Origin: Podarcis erhardii
Lineage: Eukaryota
Assembly: GCA_964252035.1 (NCBI GenBank)
Contig: OZ176201.1
Strand: one strand, 5' to 3'
Length of the DNA stretch: 64,000 nucleotides
Shown: positions 26,028 through 36,319 of the stretch, piece after piece
Layout: each line of letters starts with the position of its first letter
Position numbering within the stretch: position 1 is the first letter of the stretch
Made by a program: the position numbers and the translations under genes
The notes under the pieces: generated by a model
Database searches by the model: none
The model's input: the letters and a program-made list of their open reading frames with translations, nothing else
What the model was told of the DNA's origin: nothing

Positions 26028-26643
26028 TGTTTCAGTGGTTCACTGTAACTGCATTTAACATTTTAGAATGTATTAAGCTTGATTTTTGTGTGTTCTGCAT
26101 TTGTGAGTCTCCCCCTCTTACACGCTGCATTCCATCTCTCCTTATCTACCCCTGAAAGTGGTACAAATGACAGGATGTTTTAGCACCACAGTGTAAATCA
26201 GCTATCCTTGAAGCTATCTGAGACCCAGGAAGAGGATTTTATGATGCTCTCCCCTCACTGAAGGCTAGGTTGCCAGGGTAACACCAGACATCCGATACCT
26301 AAAATGGAATGGGGAAACTGGGGCCACTCCAAGGTAACTGCAGGGGTGAAGATACCAGTATGGAGCCATGCATGTTTTACTTCTCATGACTTGTAAGCTT
26401 TCCTGATGTATGTGAAGATGTTTTACAACTCTTTGGTTGCTGCGTTTGAACTACTATATAAGCTTTTGTTTTGAAGTGCCTCAGGGCAGACCTTCTCAAC
26501 TAACATGTTGAGTTGAGTGAGCTCCGTCCTATTGCAATAGCTATAATAAATGCTGGGTCCCTAAATCTGCATGCTGGACTTGAAGATGGTTTCCTTGGTT
26601 CTGTGGTTTATTCGAAAGGTGGTTGCTCGTCACCTGGGTAACA
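26028..26643 (+). mobile_element. Solo LTR (616 bp)
   Basis: TGTT...AACA termini, 5-bp TSD aataa (26023-26027 / 26644-26648), TATATAA at 26455-26461 and AATAAA at 26545-26550 in U3-R-U5 order. Confidence 0.75.
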
Positions 26644-27338
26644 AATAAGGTGGTGTAGAGGTGAATTCTTACCACATTACCCTGCATCAAATTTCAAAGG
26701 AGCAACACTTTGAGGTTTTATCCCGAAATCCCAGATGAAACTCCCAAGACTACTGCTTTTTTTTGCTATTTTGGACCCTATAAGAAAAAATTTAAGCTCC
26801 TGATCACCTTTTCAATTCACACAAAATCATAATAATCAAGAGAGTCAGACCCATCCCTTTCCCAACTGATAGTCGCATGTATAGAAGATAAAATAATGTG
26901 GTTTTAAAAAATAAAACAGTAGTTTTCAGAAAAACAACAATGCTTCTATTATGTTAAAGCATAATTAAAAAATGAGAGACGTTATCACGGTCATTACAAA
27001 TATGCTACCTTCTTTTAAAAAGAAGTCAGGTCAGGATTTGCTATGCAAAACCATTTGATCATTTAGAAAGTAGATTTCACATAGACCTTTGTTCATAGTG
27101 AAGTGAAGTGATTCTGAATGGTCACTGTTGTGTATTGAGTCAAAGGATTTTATATCTGTATTATTATTGTCTGTAATTGAATTAGGGTAAAGTAACTGCC
27201 TTTTGGTTCCAGAGGGTACAGCTACTATTGGTTCATTTAAGCTGCTGTATTTGGATCCTCTGTCTTATTGGTTGCCTCCAAAAGGCAGGACTGTGATTGC
27301 CTGATATTGTTCCTTCCAAAATGTATCCCTTCTAGCTT

Positions 27339-27565
27339 CCGGTTACAGATAGGTAGCCGTGTTGGTCTGCCATAGTCAAAACAAAACAAATTCCTTCCAG
27401 TAGCACCTTAAAGACCAACTAAGTCAGTTCTTGGTATGAGCTTTCGTGTGCATGCACACTTCTTCAGATTGGTATCTGAAGAAGTGTGCATGCACACGAA
27501 AGCTCATACCAAGAACTGACTTAGTTGGTCTTTAAGGTGCTACTGGAAGGAATTTGTTTTGTTTT
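27339..27565. mobile_element. Young Penelope-like element insertion (two head-to-head pLTR fragments)
   Basis: Perfect 12-bp TSD cccttctagctt (27327-27338 / 27566-27577); perfect 92-bp inverted arms; tacagataggtagccgtgttggtctg terminus typical of reptile Penelope repeats. Confidence 0.9.
27471..27510 (+). ncRNA. Minimal type-I hammerhead ribozyme motif (Penelope-derived)
   Basis: GGUAU-CUGAAGA-A-GUGUG(CAUG)CACAC-GAAA-GC-UC-AUACC: stem I 5 bp, complete core, stem II 5 bp, palindromic AGCU helix III; predicted cleavage after C27505. Activity not demonstrated. Confidence 0.75.
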
Positions 27566-28067
27566 CCCTTCTAGCTTGTTCCCTGTCCCTGTAAATGTAG
27601 CTCTCCCCTCCTCAGGTTTTAGTCTTGTTGCTTTTAATAAAGAAGTGTTACTAGAGAACTGTCTCCAGCATATTATGTCAAGAGAGCTGAAATCACAAAC
27701 CCCACGTCACAACAGTCACCACATGCCAAAGTTGTGCCCAAAGCACTAACTGATGTACTTGGACAGACTTTACACTGGAAAGGACCTATGCTGTTGCAAA
27801 TTTCCTACTTTTAGAACAAAACAGTTTGCAAAGTAACTGCTCAGGTTGTTGGCAAAGAAACTGGACTATGATGCACAGAGCACTGGTTTGATTTAGCAGA
27901 TTTTTAAATCTTGATAGGCCTTGCAGAATCTAAATGACTAGATCAGAAGATGCCCCTCACACATTTTAAAAATCATACAGCATCCACAATACATCCTTCT
28001 TTAGCAAAACTTTTATCTGCCTCAGAAAGTAGATTGAAAGCGGAAGGAAAGAAATGAAGGCCTGGGG

Positions 28068-28203
28068 CAGGCATGGCCAAACTTGGCCCTCCAGCTGTTT
28101 TGGGACTACAATTCCCATCATCCCTGACCACTGGTCCTGTTAGCTAGCAATGATGGGAGTTGAAGTCCCAAAACAGCTGGAGGGCCAAGTTTGGCCATAC
28201 CTG
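28068..28203. mobile_element. hAT-type palindromic MITE (136 bp)
   Basis: caggcatggccaaacttggccc...gggccaagtttggccatacctg, about 54-bp arms with 3 mismatches, 8-bp TSD gcctgggg / gcctaggg. Confidence 0.92.
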
Positions 28204-28680
28204 GCCTAGGGGAACAATAAAGCCATAGTTAGCAAAATGTAGTGATACAAGTACCAGAGTTCTACATTCACACACATCTGAGTAATTTCTTAAGTGCATT
28301 CAGTTTGTAACTCAACCACTTCTCACAAGTGGGGGACCTGCCACCTCAATAGAGGGCTCAATTGAACATTAAATGCTTTACATGAAAGAGGAGGAAAGTA
28401 GCTTCTTGTCAACTAACCACTCTGAATGAAAAATGTTGCAAAATGGAACAGGTTAAAGTAGCTTGAACCTAGGTATGGAAGGTACTACCAATATTAAAAG
28501 AGGAGGTTAAGAACATCAGTATAGTCTAGTTAAATACAAGCCAAGAAGGGCAGCTTTATTCGCTACTTTATCATGGGCGTATGAAATTCAATGCCCTTTT
28601 GAATTAATGTATAATATTACAGTGGCATTTTAAAATAAGAAATAAAGGAAGGGGGAAAAGTTTTAAAAATGACACTTTAC

Positions 28681-28735
28681 CTGCAAGGCACAACATGAAT
28701 GATTGCAGTACGAGCAGTTCCCATAGCAACCTCAT
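28681..28735 (-). CDS. CNTN4: Contactin-4 first coding exon, coding part (signal peptide MRLLWELLVLQSFMLCLA + 1 nt, phase-1 donor)
   Basis: Minus strand reads gaaa-ATG AGG TTG CTA TGG GAA CTG CTC GTA CTG CAA TCA TTC ATG TTG TGC CTT GCA G|gtaaagt. The peptide matches the recalled mammalian CNTN4 N-terminus (MRLPWELLVLQSF[I/M]LCLAD) and not CNTN3/5/6. A at -3, canonical GT donor at 28680-28679. Confidence 0.95.
28717..28730 (-). promoter_or_regulatory. RFX X-box motif inside CNTN4 codons 2-7
   Basis: GTTGCTATGGGAAC fits the consensus GTHNYY-AT-RRNAAC at every position; binding is untested. Confidence 0.45.
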
Positions 28736-28821
28736 TTTCAGTTTCTGAGGTCAAAGGAGGCCCAACTCCAATATGTAATGATTAGAATGCTGCTTCGTTT
28801 AAGTTTTATACAATCTTTAAT
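28736..28821 (-). other. CNTN4: 5' UTR part of the CNTN4 first coding exon (86 nt)
   Basis: Acceptor atttctctttgtatccctacag|ATTAAAG with AG at 28823-28822 and a polypyrimidine tract; no upstream ATG within the exon. Confidence 0.85.
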
Positions 28822-29025
28822 CTGTAGGGATACAAAGAGAAATATCATTACTATGAGATTCAGGATTACAGCTCCGTAGATTCTCTGCCTTTCCATATGA
28901 TCTAAAATAAATTCGCACCCAAAGGAATGCAGAGAAGCTGTTATTTTTAAGTCGGTGAGGCAGGTAAAAATAAATAAATCATACCCTTTAGATATAATAC
29001 TATATTTTAACGTGTATGTGTGTGT

Positions 29026-29028
<3 letters not shown>

Positions 29029-29062
<34 letters not shown>
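29029..29062. repeat. (AG)17 microsatellite ((CT)17 on the CNTN4 strand)
   Basis: Direct reading; about 210 nt upstream of the exon acceptor. Confidence 0.97.
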
Positions 29063-29063
<1 letters not shown>

Positions 29064-29860
29064 CTGTGACAGAAAGACTTTAAGTTAAAAGAAAGCCTAC
29101 AAGTTGTGAGGAAAAAGCTCTTCTGAGTTAGATATTAGATCTTCCCACTCTGTCATCTTCTTTCCGCAGCCTTACACAAGCCGTATTAACCTCACTGCCA
29201 GCTCACTAATCTAGTAATTATTATTTAGTTAATTGTACAAAACACCTTGAAGATGGCAGCCCACTAAGTGTTTGTCATCCTCTACTTTATCCCTTGACAA
29301 CTTTGAACTTGCTCACATCGCAGCAAGTGAAATGGTAATAAGGGCAACCTACGGGTCCCTGTGGAGATGATAAATGCCCTTCTGTATACAAAGTCAGGGT
29401 GAGCCATTAGAGGAGAGCAAGACATCCCTTTTTGCCCAGGGAGCTAGGGCACAGTCTCCCCATTGCTCACGGCCATCCAGCAGCACAGATAGCCTGAGAT
29501 TAATTGCTGCACTGTAACTCAAATCTCCCGCATGACAGTGTGTTGTCTTCCTTGCAGACCTCTGGAGCAGCTGGGGGAGGGGGGTCAGCAAGTTGGCAAA
29601 CCACTTAAACTCTTTTAGCCATTTGACTGGAGGTAATTTATTTTCAGCAAAGCACGACTCCATTCTGCACCCCTCCCCTTTTTAAAGCAACTTCTCTGCT
29701 TTCTGGGCTTCAATGAAAAGGTTCTATCAGACTTGCTTCAGTATTCTTAATCTAAGCTCTGCTCAATCTAATATAAATTCAAACAGCCTCCCTTCACCTT
29801 TGTACTTTAAGTAGTTTTAGAGAACTAGTTCCACAATGTTTTGCCTGTGTGTTTGGGTGG

Positions 29861-29861
<1 letters not shown>

Positions 29862-29903
<42 letters not shown>

Positions 29904-29921
29904 CACACACACACACACACA
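29862..29921. repeat. (TG)n(CG)n(CA)n alternating purine-pyrimidine tract
   Basis: Uninterrupted alternation; 29878-29921 is a perfect 44-bp palindrome centred on tgcgcgca. Confidence 0.97.
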
Positions 29922-30593
29922 TCTCTTCAAGTATCTATGCCAGGCATTTTTAGATTAAAAATAAATAAAGCCATCTAATCATATGTTCTCATCATTTATT
30001 CATCTTTCTGATGTCTGGAAGTTAAGGAGCCTTCAAGTTTACAAGACAAACGGCATGCCTAATAGAAAGTGAAGTGGTATCATTAGAGGTCCCTGCCTGC
30101 TTTTGTAAGTTAAAATTGTTCAGTTTCTAATAAAGTCAGGTTCAATGTGCTGAGAAGACTAAGAATCCCTATCATCTGATCTGCAGATGTTACTTGAAGG
30201 GAGTAATTGGAATATATTCCACAATTCTGACACATTCGGTGATTAAGCTGACTGCAGATAAGCAGAAAAGTGTTGATCAATGGAACTGAATAGCATTTTA
30301 ACGCAAATGATTACAGCAAACATTATTAATTGGGCAAGGAGCATGTCACAGATTCTGCTATGCAATGTTCAGCAGCTCCTGCCTCGTATCTTTAAAGGAC
30401 AGCTCAAGGATGCACCAGGTTTTAGGGCCATATACATTAATTGTGTCGATGAAATTAAAGCTCCCCTTTTAAGCAAATGTAAGTAACAACTGTATGGGGG
30501 ACTGAGCAGCATAGGAACCATGTGGGTGGCGAGGGGGAGTTTAACTCTTTCCAACTATGATGGTTCCAATTAACTACCCCTACCCTCAATCTA

Positions 30594-30949
30594 GGGACGC
30601 GGGTGGCGCTGTGGGTAAAACCTCAGCACCTAGGACTTGCCAATCGCATGGCCGGCGGTTCGAATCCCCGCGGCGGGGTGCGCTCCTGTCGTTTGGTCCC
30701 AGCGCCTACCAACCTAGCAGTTCGAAAGCACCTCCGGGTGCAAGTAGATAAATAGGGACCGCTTACCAGCGGGAAGGTAAACGGCGTTCCGTGTGCTGCG
30801 TTGGCTCGCCAGATGCAGCTTGTCACGCTGGCCACGTGACCTGGAAGTGTCTGCGGACTGCACTGGCTCCCGGCCTATAGAGTGAGGTGAGCGCACAACC
30901 CTAGAGTCTGGCAAGACTGGCCCGAACGGGCAGGGGTACCTTTACCTTT
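30594..30949 (+). mobile_element. Sauria SINE, full length, CpG-rich subfamily variant
   Basis: gggacgcgggtggcgctgtggg head, B-box, caggggtacctttaccttt tail; perfect 12-bp TSD taccctcaatct (30581-30592 / 30950-30961). Confidence 0.96.
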
Positions 30950-31709
30950 TACCCTCAATCTCTGTTTATCAGAAAGGAAGCTAATCGTAGCCCAATCTTG
31001 GGGTAGAAATTTCATCAGGACTAGGGGGGTGGTGGGAAATGGCTAAATTGTCTCTCCCAGTCCCCTGTGGTTCCTATGCTGTTCAAGGCTCTGCCAATAA
31101 GCAACCATGACAACTTTGGCATCAGAACAGAACAGAAGGCTGGCAGGCAAGCCAGTAGCACAGGTGGAAGGTAGCCCAGGTGAGCTGTTTTAAGGGGAAT
31201 GGGAGCATCTTCCGCCTGCTTTAAAAAGGGACTGGGGTGAGCTATAAGGGAAGGGGGTGGTTTGGGGTAAGACAGAGGGGTTTGGGGAAAGCTGTGAGTG
31301 GATAGGCAAAGGGGTAGGTGAGGTGTAAATGAAGAGCTGTTTGGTCAGGTGTAAAGGGAGAAGGGGCTAGGAGTGGGGGGAAAGGAGGCCCATCTTCCAG
31401 GCCTGCACTGCCATGTGAGAACACTCTTTTTTGAGCTGTGCTTTTTCAGGCACAGCACCCAAAAACACACATTTGGGGTGCCCTGCCTGAAAAAAGTGCA
31501 GCCCGAAATCACCCATTTTTACCGGGACAGTTGACGAGTATGAATGTCATTAGAATAATATGACAATATTTGAGTCCTGAAATATTGGACTCAAACAGCC
31601 TCAAGCTCGCAGTACAGCCCAGAGTGGATACCATTATCTTGAGAAGTGACATTCCCAAGGTGTTATCACAGTTTCATAGAGTTAAAACTACATGTAATGT
31701 TAAATACAT

Positions 31710-31855
31710 CCTGGGGTAGCTCAGTTGGTAGAGCATGAGACTCTTAATCTCAGGGTCATGGGTTTGAGCCCCATGTTGGGGGAAAGCTTCCTGCATTGCA
31801 AGGGGCTGCGCTAGATTACATTTGTGGACTCATGGACTCTATGAGCCTACGATCA
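31710..31855 (+). mobile_element. tRNA-Lys(CTT)-derived SINE
   Basis: tagctcagttggtagagcatgagactcttaatctcagggtcatgggtttgagccccatgttggg followed by ttcctgcattgcaagggg (CR1-like linker); CpG-type decay in the T arm and B-box. Confidence 0.85.
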
Positions 31856-34297
31856 ATTTTAACATGTTTATGGCTGTTGCTGTTTTTCTTGTGAAAAACA
31901 AACTGTATTTACTGATTTCGAATTTACCTTCAGAGCTGTGTGTTTCTTTTAAACAGTCTCGTTCCTTTGGCAAACAGCATTTTGTGGGGGGGAGGGATTA
32001 TTGAGACTGTGGTGCAGAAAAACAGGTTGTGTACCATGTGCAGCCCCAATCCTGATCCACCCCGCTCTCGGCTAAAAGCCAAAACAGACATTAAAAAAAT
32101 GCAATTATGCATTTCATGTAACTTGTAATTGGTGCATGTACTTTATTTTTTTGTATTTCAAGTACTGCTTTTCCTAAAACATACTGACTCTCCTTAAAAC
32201 TGCTACAAATGCCAGGAAGGAAAATCTTTACCATACGGTTATCCAAAAGTTGTCCCCTTAACACTTCTGTTTCAGCTATGGGACTTCATTTTCTACTCCA
32301 GTCTTTGTGCCCCACTTCAAAAACTCATATACAGGAACCCCCAGAACAGTTTGGGGAAGTGGGGATAGAGAAGATGGAAAGGAAATACCATTGTGCAGGT
32401 GAACAGGGACAGTTTTGTTGTATACGACCCATAGCTACATTTTTTGTATGTTCAATAATTTCCAAAAAGCCCCAATTTAATACATGCATTCTGCCCTAAT
32501 TTCTGTAATGTATAAGCACAAAAAAATCGCAGACTCTAAATGGCACCAAACATAAAGTAAATGTTTGCCTTATTAAAAAGGAAAAAAGAAAAAGGAAATC
32601 TGCATAGTCACAAGTGACCTGAAGAGATGGAGAAAAATGATATATAAATACAATTTGAATCTAATGCTGTTCTCACATTTGTGCTGATGCTTTTCTAACT
32701 TTACTTTTTGGCGATTCCATCCAGCTGTGGCAAATTGTTTTGAAAGGCACCTTTGTTCGTAATTGGATTTTGATAGAAAAAGTTGACTGTAAGAACTCTG
32801 AGCATGATAAGGCAAGGAAGAAGCAACATGGGCATTGTTGGAAAAGTGTTTAGGGGCTCTTTTTCAGAGGCTCTCAGCAAATGAAATACACTGCTATGGG
32901 TACTCAGAACCTTTGGAAAACAAATTGTTGAACCTATGTGTTGCTTTGATGACTAAAAAGCAATTCCATTTTTCCCATTCAGAAGGAAAACAAATCAGTC
33001 TGCCATGAAGATGTTTGCATATAAAGTCCTATTGCTTGTACTGTCAATTTCTCCTGGCATCCCATAAAAAGTATGTTTTATAAAGTAACTCAGAGCCATA
33101 TCAAAAGAGCTGCAAACAAGAATAGGCTTCTTTGGGAATTGCCTCACGTTTGTTTTTCTTCTGCCCACTGGTGTGCTACTGTGTGCCAATTCTGTTAAAT
33201 GCCAAAATAAATCACCATTAATGATGTATGTTGTGCATGCCAGGCAACGACTGGCATTTTAATCACCTAAATAAAAGTCAAGCTAAAGATGAGCATAAAA
33301 AACAACTCTAAAACCAAGTGTAATGACTGTTTGTCAGAATAATGTTGCAATGCTTTGCACTCTTCCTTCAGAGTAACTCAGTGGAAATTATGTGCAGGAT
33401 TAGGCGGCATGTCTTCAATCATTAACATTCCAGCATGGAACCAAATCCCAACAATATAACTTACTTCCAAGTAAACCTAGGGTGATTAAAGACGGTTGCA
33501 GCACAATGAATTCAGTTTCAACTTTAAAATGATTGATTCTTTTTAATCCTATAAAAGTTTAAGAAGCATGCATACAGGAGATCACTAAAATAAAATTAGT
33601 TATGCTCGTCCTTAACTTTGCTGTTGTTGTTATAATACGGAAGCCTCTTGTACCAACGTGCTTAATTCAGCTAACACTCTCTGCATGCCCCTGAAGCTTC
33701 ACTCTAGATTGCACAACGGAAGAAGCAAAATGTAGTGTACTTGACCCCATTGAAAGGTGGGTACTAACGCCCATGGATTACTAGTGCAATTGTTTTAAGT
33801 CTAGCAGTGTTATTTTGTAATAACTGAGGCCTCTGAACTATCAAGGATGTTCCATGTACAATGCATTGCAGAAATGACAGCCTAGGAAAGTCTGTAGCTG
33901 GTACACCAGCAGCACCCACTGAAAGTGTTTCATGTCACTATAGCCAGTTCAATTTCCAGAGTTACCTGTACTAAATGCTAATGTACCGTTTTCCACTGTA
34001 CTGAAAGTTGAGCTCCAACAGACTCCTTCCTCTTACTGTCTTTGTAGCTCTGTAAGGATTAAACTACAACCCCACAAATACTTTAGGAGGCCGGAATGTA
34101 CTTTAAAGATATACTGCGTATGCAGTCTCCACCAGCTCTTCCAACAACTTTTGGATCCTCCTTTCATTGGATTTTATCTATTTGGGGTGGTCATTACAAT
34201 AATTTTGTAACTAAGAATTAGTGTCCAGGTTTGCCTTCCCACCCTACCAAGCCCTTTTCATATGCCACCCACTACTGGGCCAATAACGATACATGCA

Positions 34298-34345
<48 letters not shown>
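34298..34345. repeat. (AAT)16 microsatellite
   Basis: Direct reading. Confidence 0.98.
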
Positions 34346-35874
34346 TCACCAATAGCTACTTAACATAGACCACTTAATTTTATCCTAGAAGAAAGAACTC
34401 CAACCTAAATGGTCTTACTAAAGAAGGAACTATTGCCTTTATCCCACACTACTGCTTCTCAAAGTTCTGCTACTGGAATCATGGGGAAACTGGTTGACCC
34501 ACTTTGCACTGAGATCCTTGGAAAATGAACTGTATGTCATGCATTTAAATGATTAATTAAACAGGTGTTCTTAGTAAGGAAGTGTACTATTAAAAGCACT
34601 AATATCTTTCTTGCAGAACATGGATCTCCATTTTCAGCTTCTTCTTTTTTGAGCTACACACTTTGAAAGCTTGATACTTGCATAGTTTTCATGAAATATG
34701 TACAGTACCTCTAACTTCCCTGCAAAACATGATGCACTATATATAGCACCCAGTCCTTGTAAAAGGAATTACTTGACATTAATTTAGTCTTCAAGGAGGC
34801 ATTTGGTGATATATTCCCAATGAAACTTATGCAAACGTAGTATTTCAGAAATCACCTTATTTATATTACAAGTGAAAGCAGAGGAAATAAGAAGAGGGAA
34901 AGCATTTACAAGAGGAAGAGTTATAGAAGCAAAATAGTGGGATCAACAAATAATCTCAACTCACCACTCATTCTTCCAGAAAACATGCCAGATCATGAAA
35001 TGTCTCACATCTTCCTTATATGTCATGAGAATGACATATACGTAAAAGCCTTTGATATGATAAGCACCATGCAGAATACTTATATGCAAGCAGCCTACTG
35101 TACGAAGTTACTTTGTCAAATGAGGCTATTATGCATAATGTTCACAGTGTGGGATAAATGGAATTTAAATAGCTGAAGCACATATTGAGTTATTGGGTAT
35201 CTCCTTGTCAGACTAGGACGTGATTTCATTTTGCTGCTACACTGAAGTCACCACAATAACAAAGCAAGAGCCCATCTCAGTCTAGCGATTCATACTTGTC
35301 AGGGCTTCTTCTCTCTGTGGTGTACAGAAAGTCCCATTTCACTGCAGCACATCCACCATCAGTTGTCATGAAACTCAATCACAATCTAAACAAAATGAGA
35401 GACTTAACATCACAGAAGAGACAGTGGGCTCTGTACATATCTTTGTTATTTTGTCTCTTCCAGGTTCCTCAAAAACAATTCTGAAAATCTGACAGATTCC
35501 TCTCCTCTCCAATAAGCCCACCCCCAAGCCTGTAAAAGCTGCTTCAGACTGCCCTCGAACCCTCCAGAGCAGATTTTGAGGGGGTTGCAGGGATGAACAG
35601 ATGAGGGTTCAGTCCTAGTGCATGAGTGGAAGTCTGTTCTGCTCATTCCTGGGTAGCATTAGATAAACTATACTAGTTCATATGAGAATGCTATTTTATT
35701 GAGTAATTCCTGGTCTGCTTAGACATTAATTCCTTGATAAAAAGCCCTTGCCACAGTGTTTTGCAAATTACATGGTGGCAACTTATGCAGCTGAAGCATT
35801 GTTGTTTTTGGGTGAAGACAAAGGCAAAGTAGGTGTTGAGAAGTTCCACCTTCTCTCCTTCTTCTTTCCCAGTA

Positions 35875-36124
35875 CAGTCATACCTCAGGTTGAATGTGCT
35901 TCAGGTTGAGCACTTTTGGGTTGCGCTCCGTGGCAACCTGGAAGTAACAGAGTGCGTTACTTCTGGGTTTTGCCGCTCGCACATGCGCAGACGCTCAAAA
36001 TGACATCACGTGCATGCGCGGAAGTGGCAAAACGCAACCCGCGCATGCACAGATGTCTTACATTCCATTCAGGATGCGAACGGGGCTCTAGAATGGATCC
36101 CGTTCGCATCCTGAGGTACCAGTG
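35875..36124 (-). mobile_element. Tigger-like MITE family A
   Basis: TA|cagtcatacctc...gaggtaccagtg|TA; reverse-oriented homologue of 12920-13159. Confidence 0.9.
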
Positions 36125-36319
36125 TAGGTAGAAGTGTGAAGAGGCAGGCCTCAAGCTGCTGTACCTTCTTTTCCAGCAAGGCATTTGCTTCAGGAGTAGC
36201 TTTGCACAACATCCTGATCCTATGTCTACTGTGAGACAGCACCCTGGGAATCTCCCTCAAACTTCCTCACTAAAGGCCCTCACAAATGCCTCTGCTTACA
36301 ACCACAATGATAATGGTAA

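Larger units (their letters stand above)
1..28680 (-). other. CNTN4: CNTN4 intron downstream of the first coding exon (continues beyond the window)
   Basis: Begins at the GTAAAG donor. No sequence encoding the expected Ig1 exon (about DxTLHGPxFxQEP) was seen on the minus strand; repeat-rich. Contactin genes are known for very long 5' introns. Confidence 0.75.

Noticed and set aside
30622-30640. REST/RE1-like site tcagcacctaggacttgcc
   Set aside because: Lies inside a SINE, and the right half-site lacks the critical AG of GGACAG.
31225-31290. G-quadruplex-like G-tract cluster
   Set aside because: Some loops are 9-10 nt, it may belong to a degenerate repeat, and such clusters are common; nothing ties it to function.
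31710-31782. tRNA-Lys(CTT) gene
   Set aside because: The anticodon arm is intact, but the acceptor stem does not pair, the B-box is mutated (ggtttgag), and it continues into the CR1-like SINE tail shared with 1227-1371. It is a SINE head.
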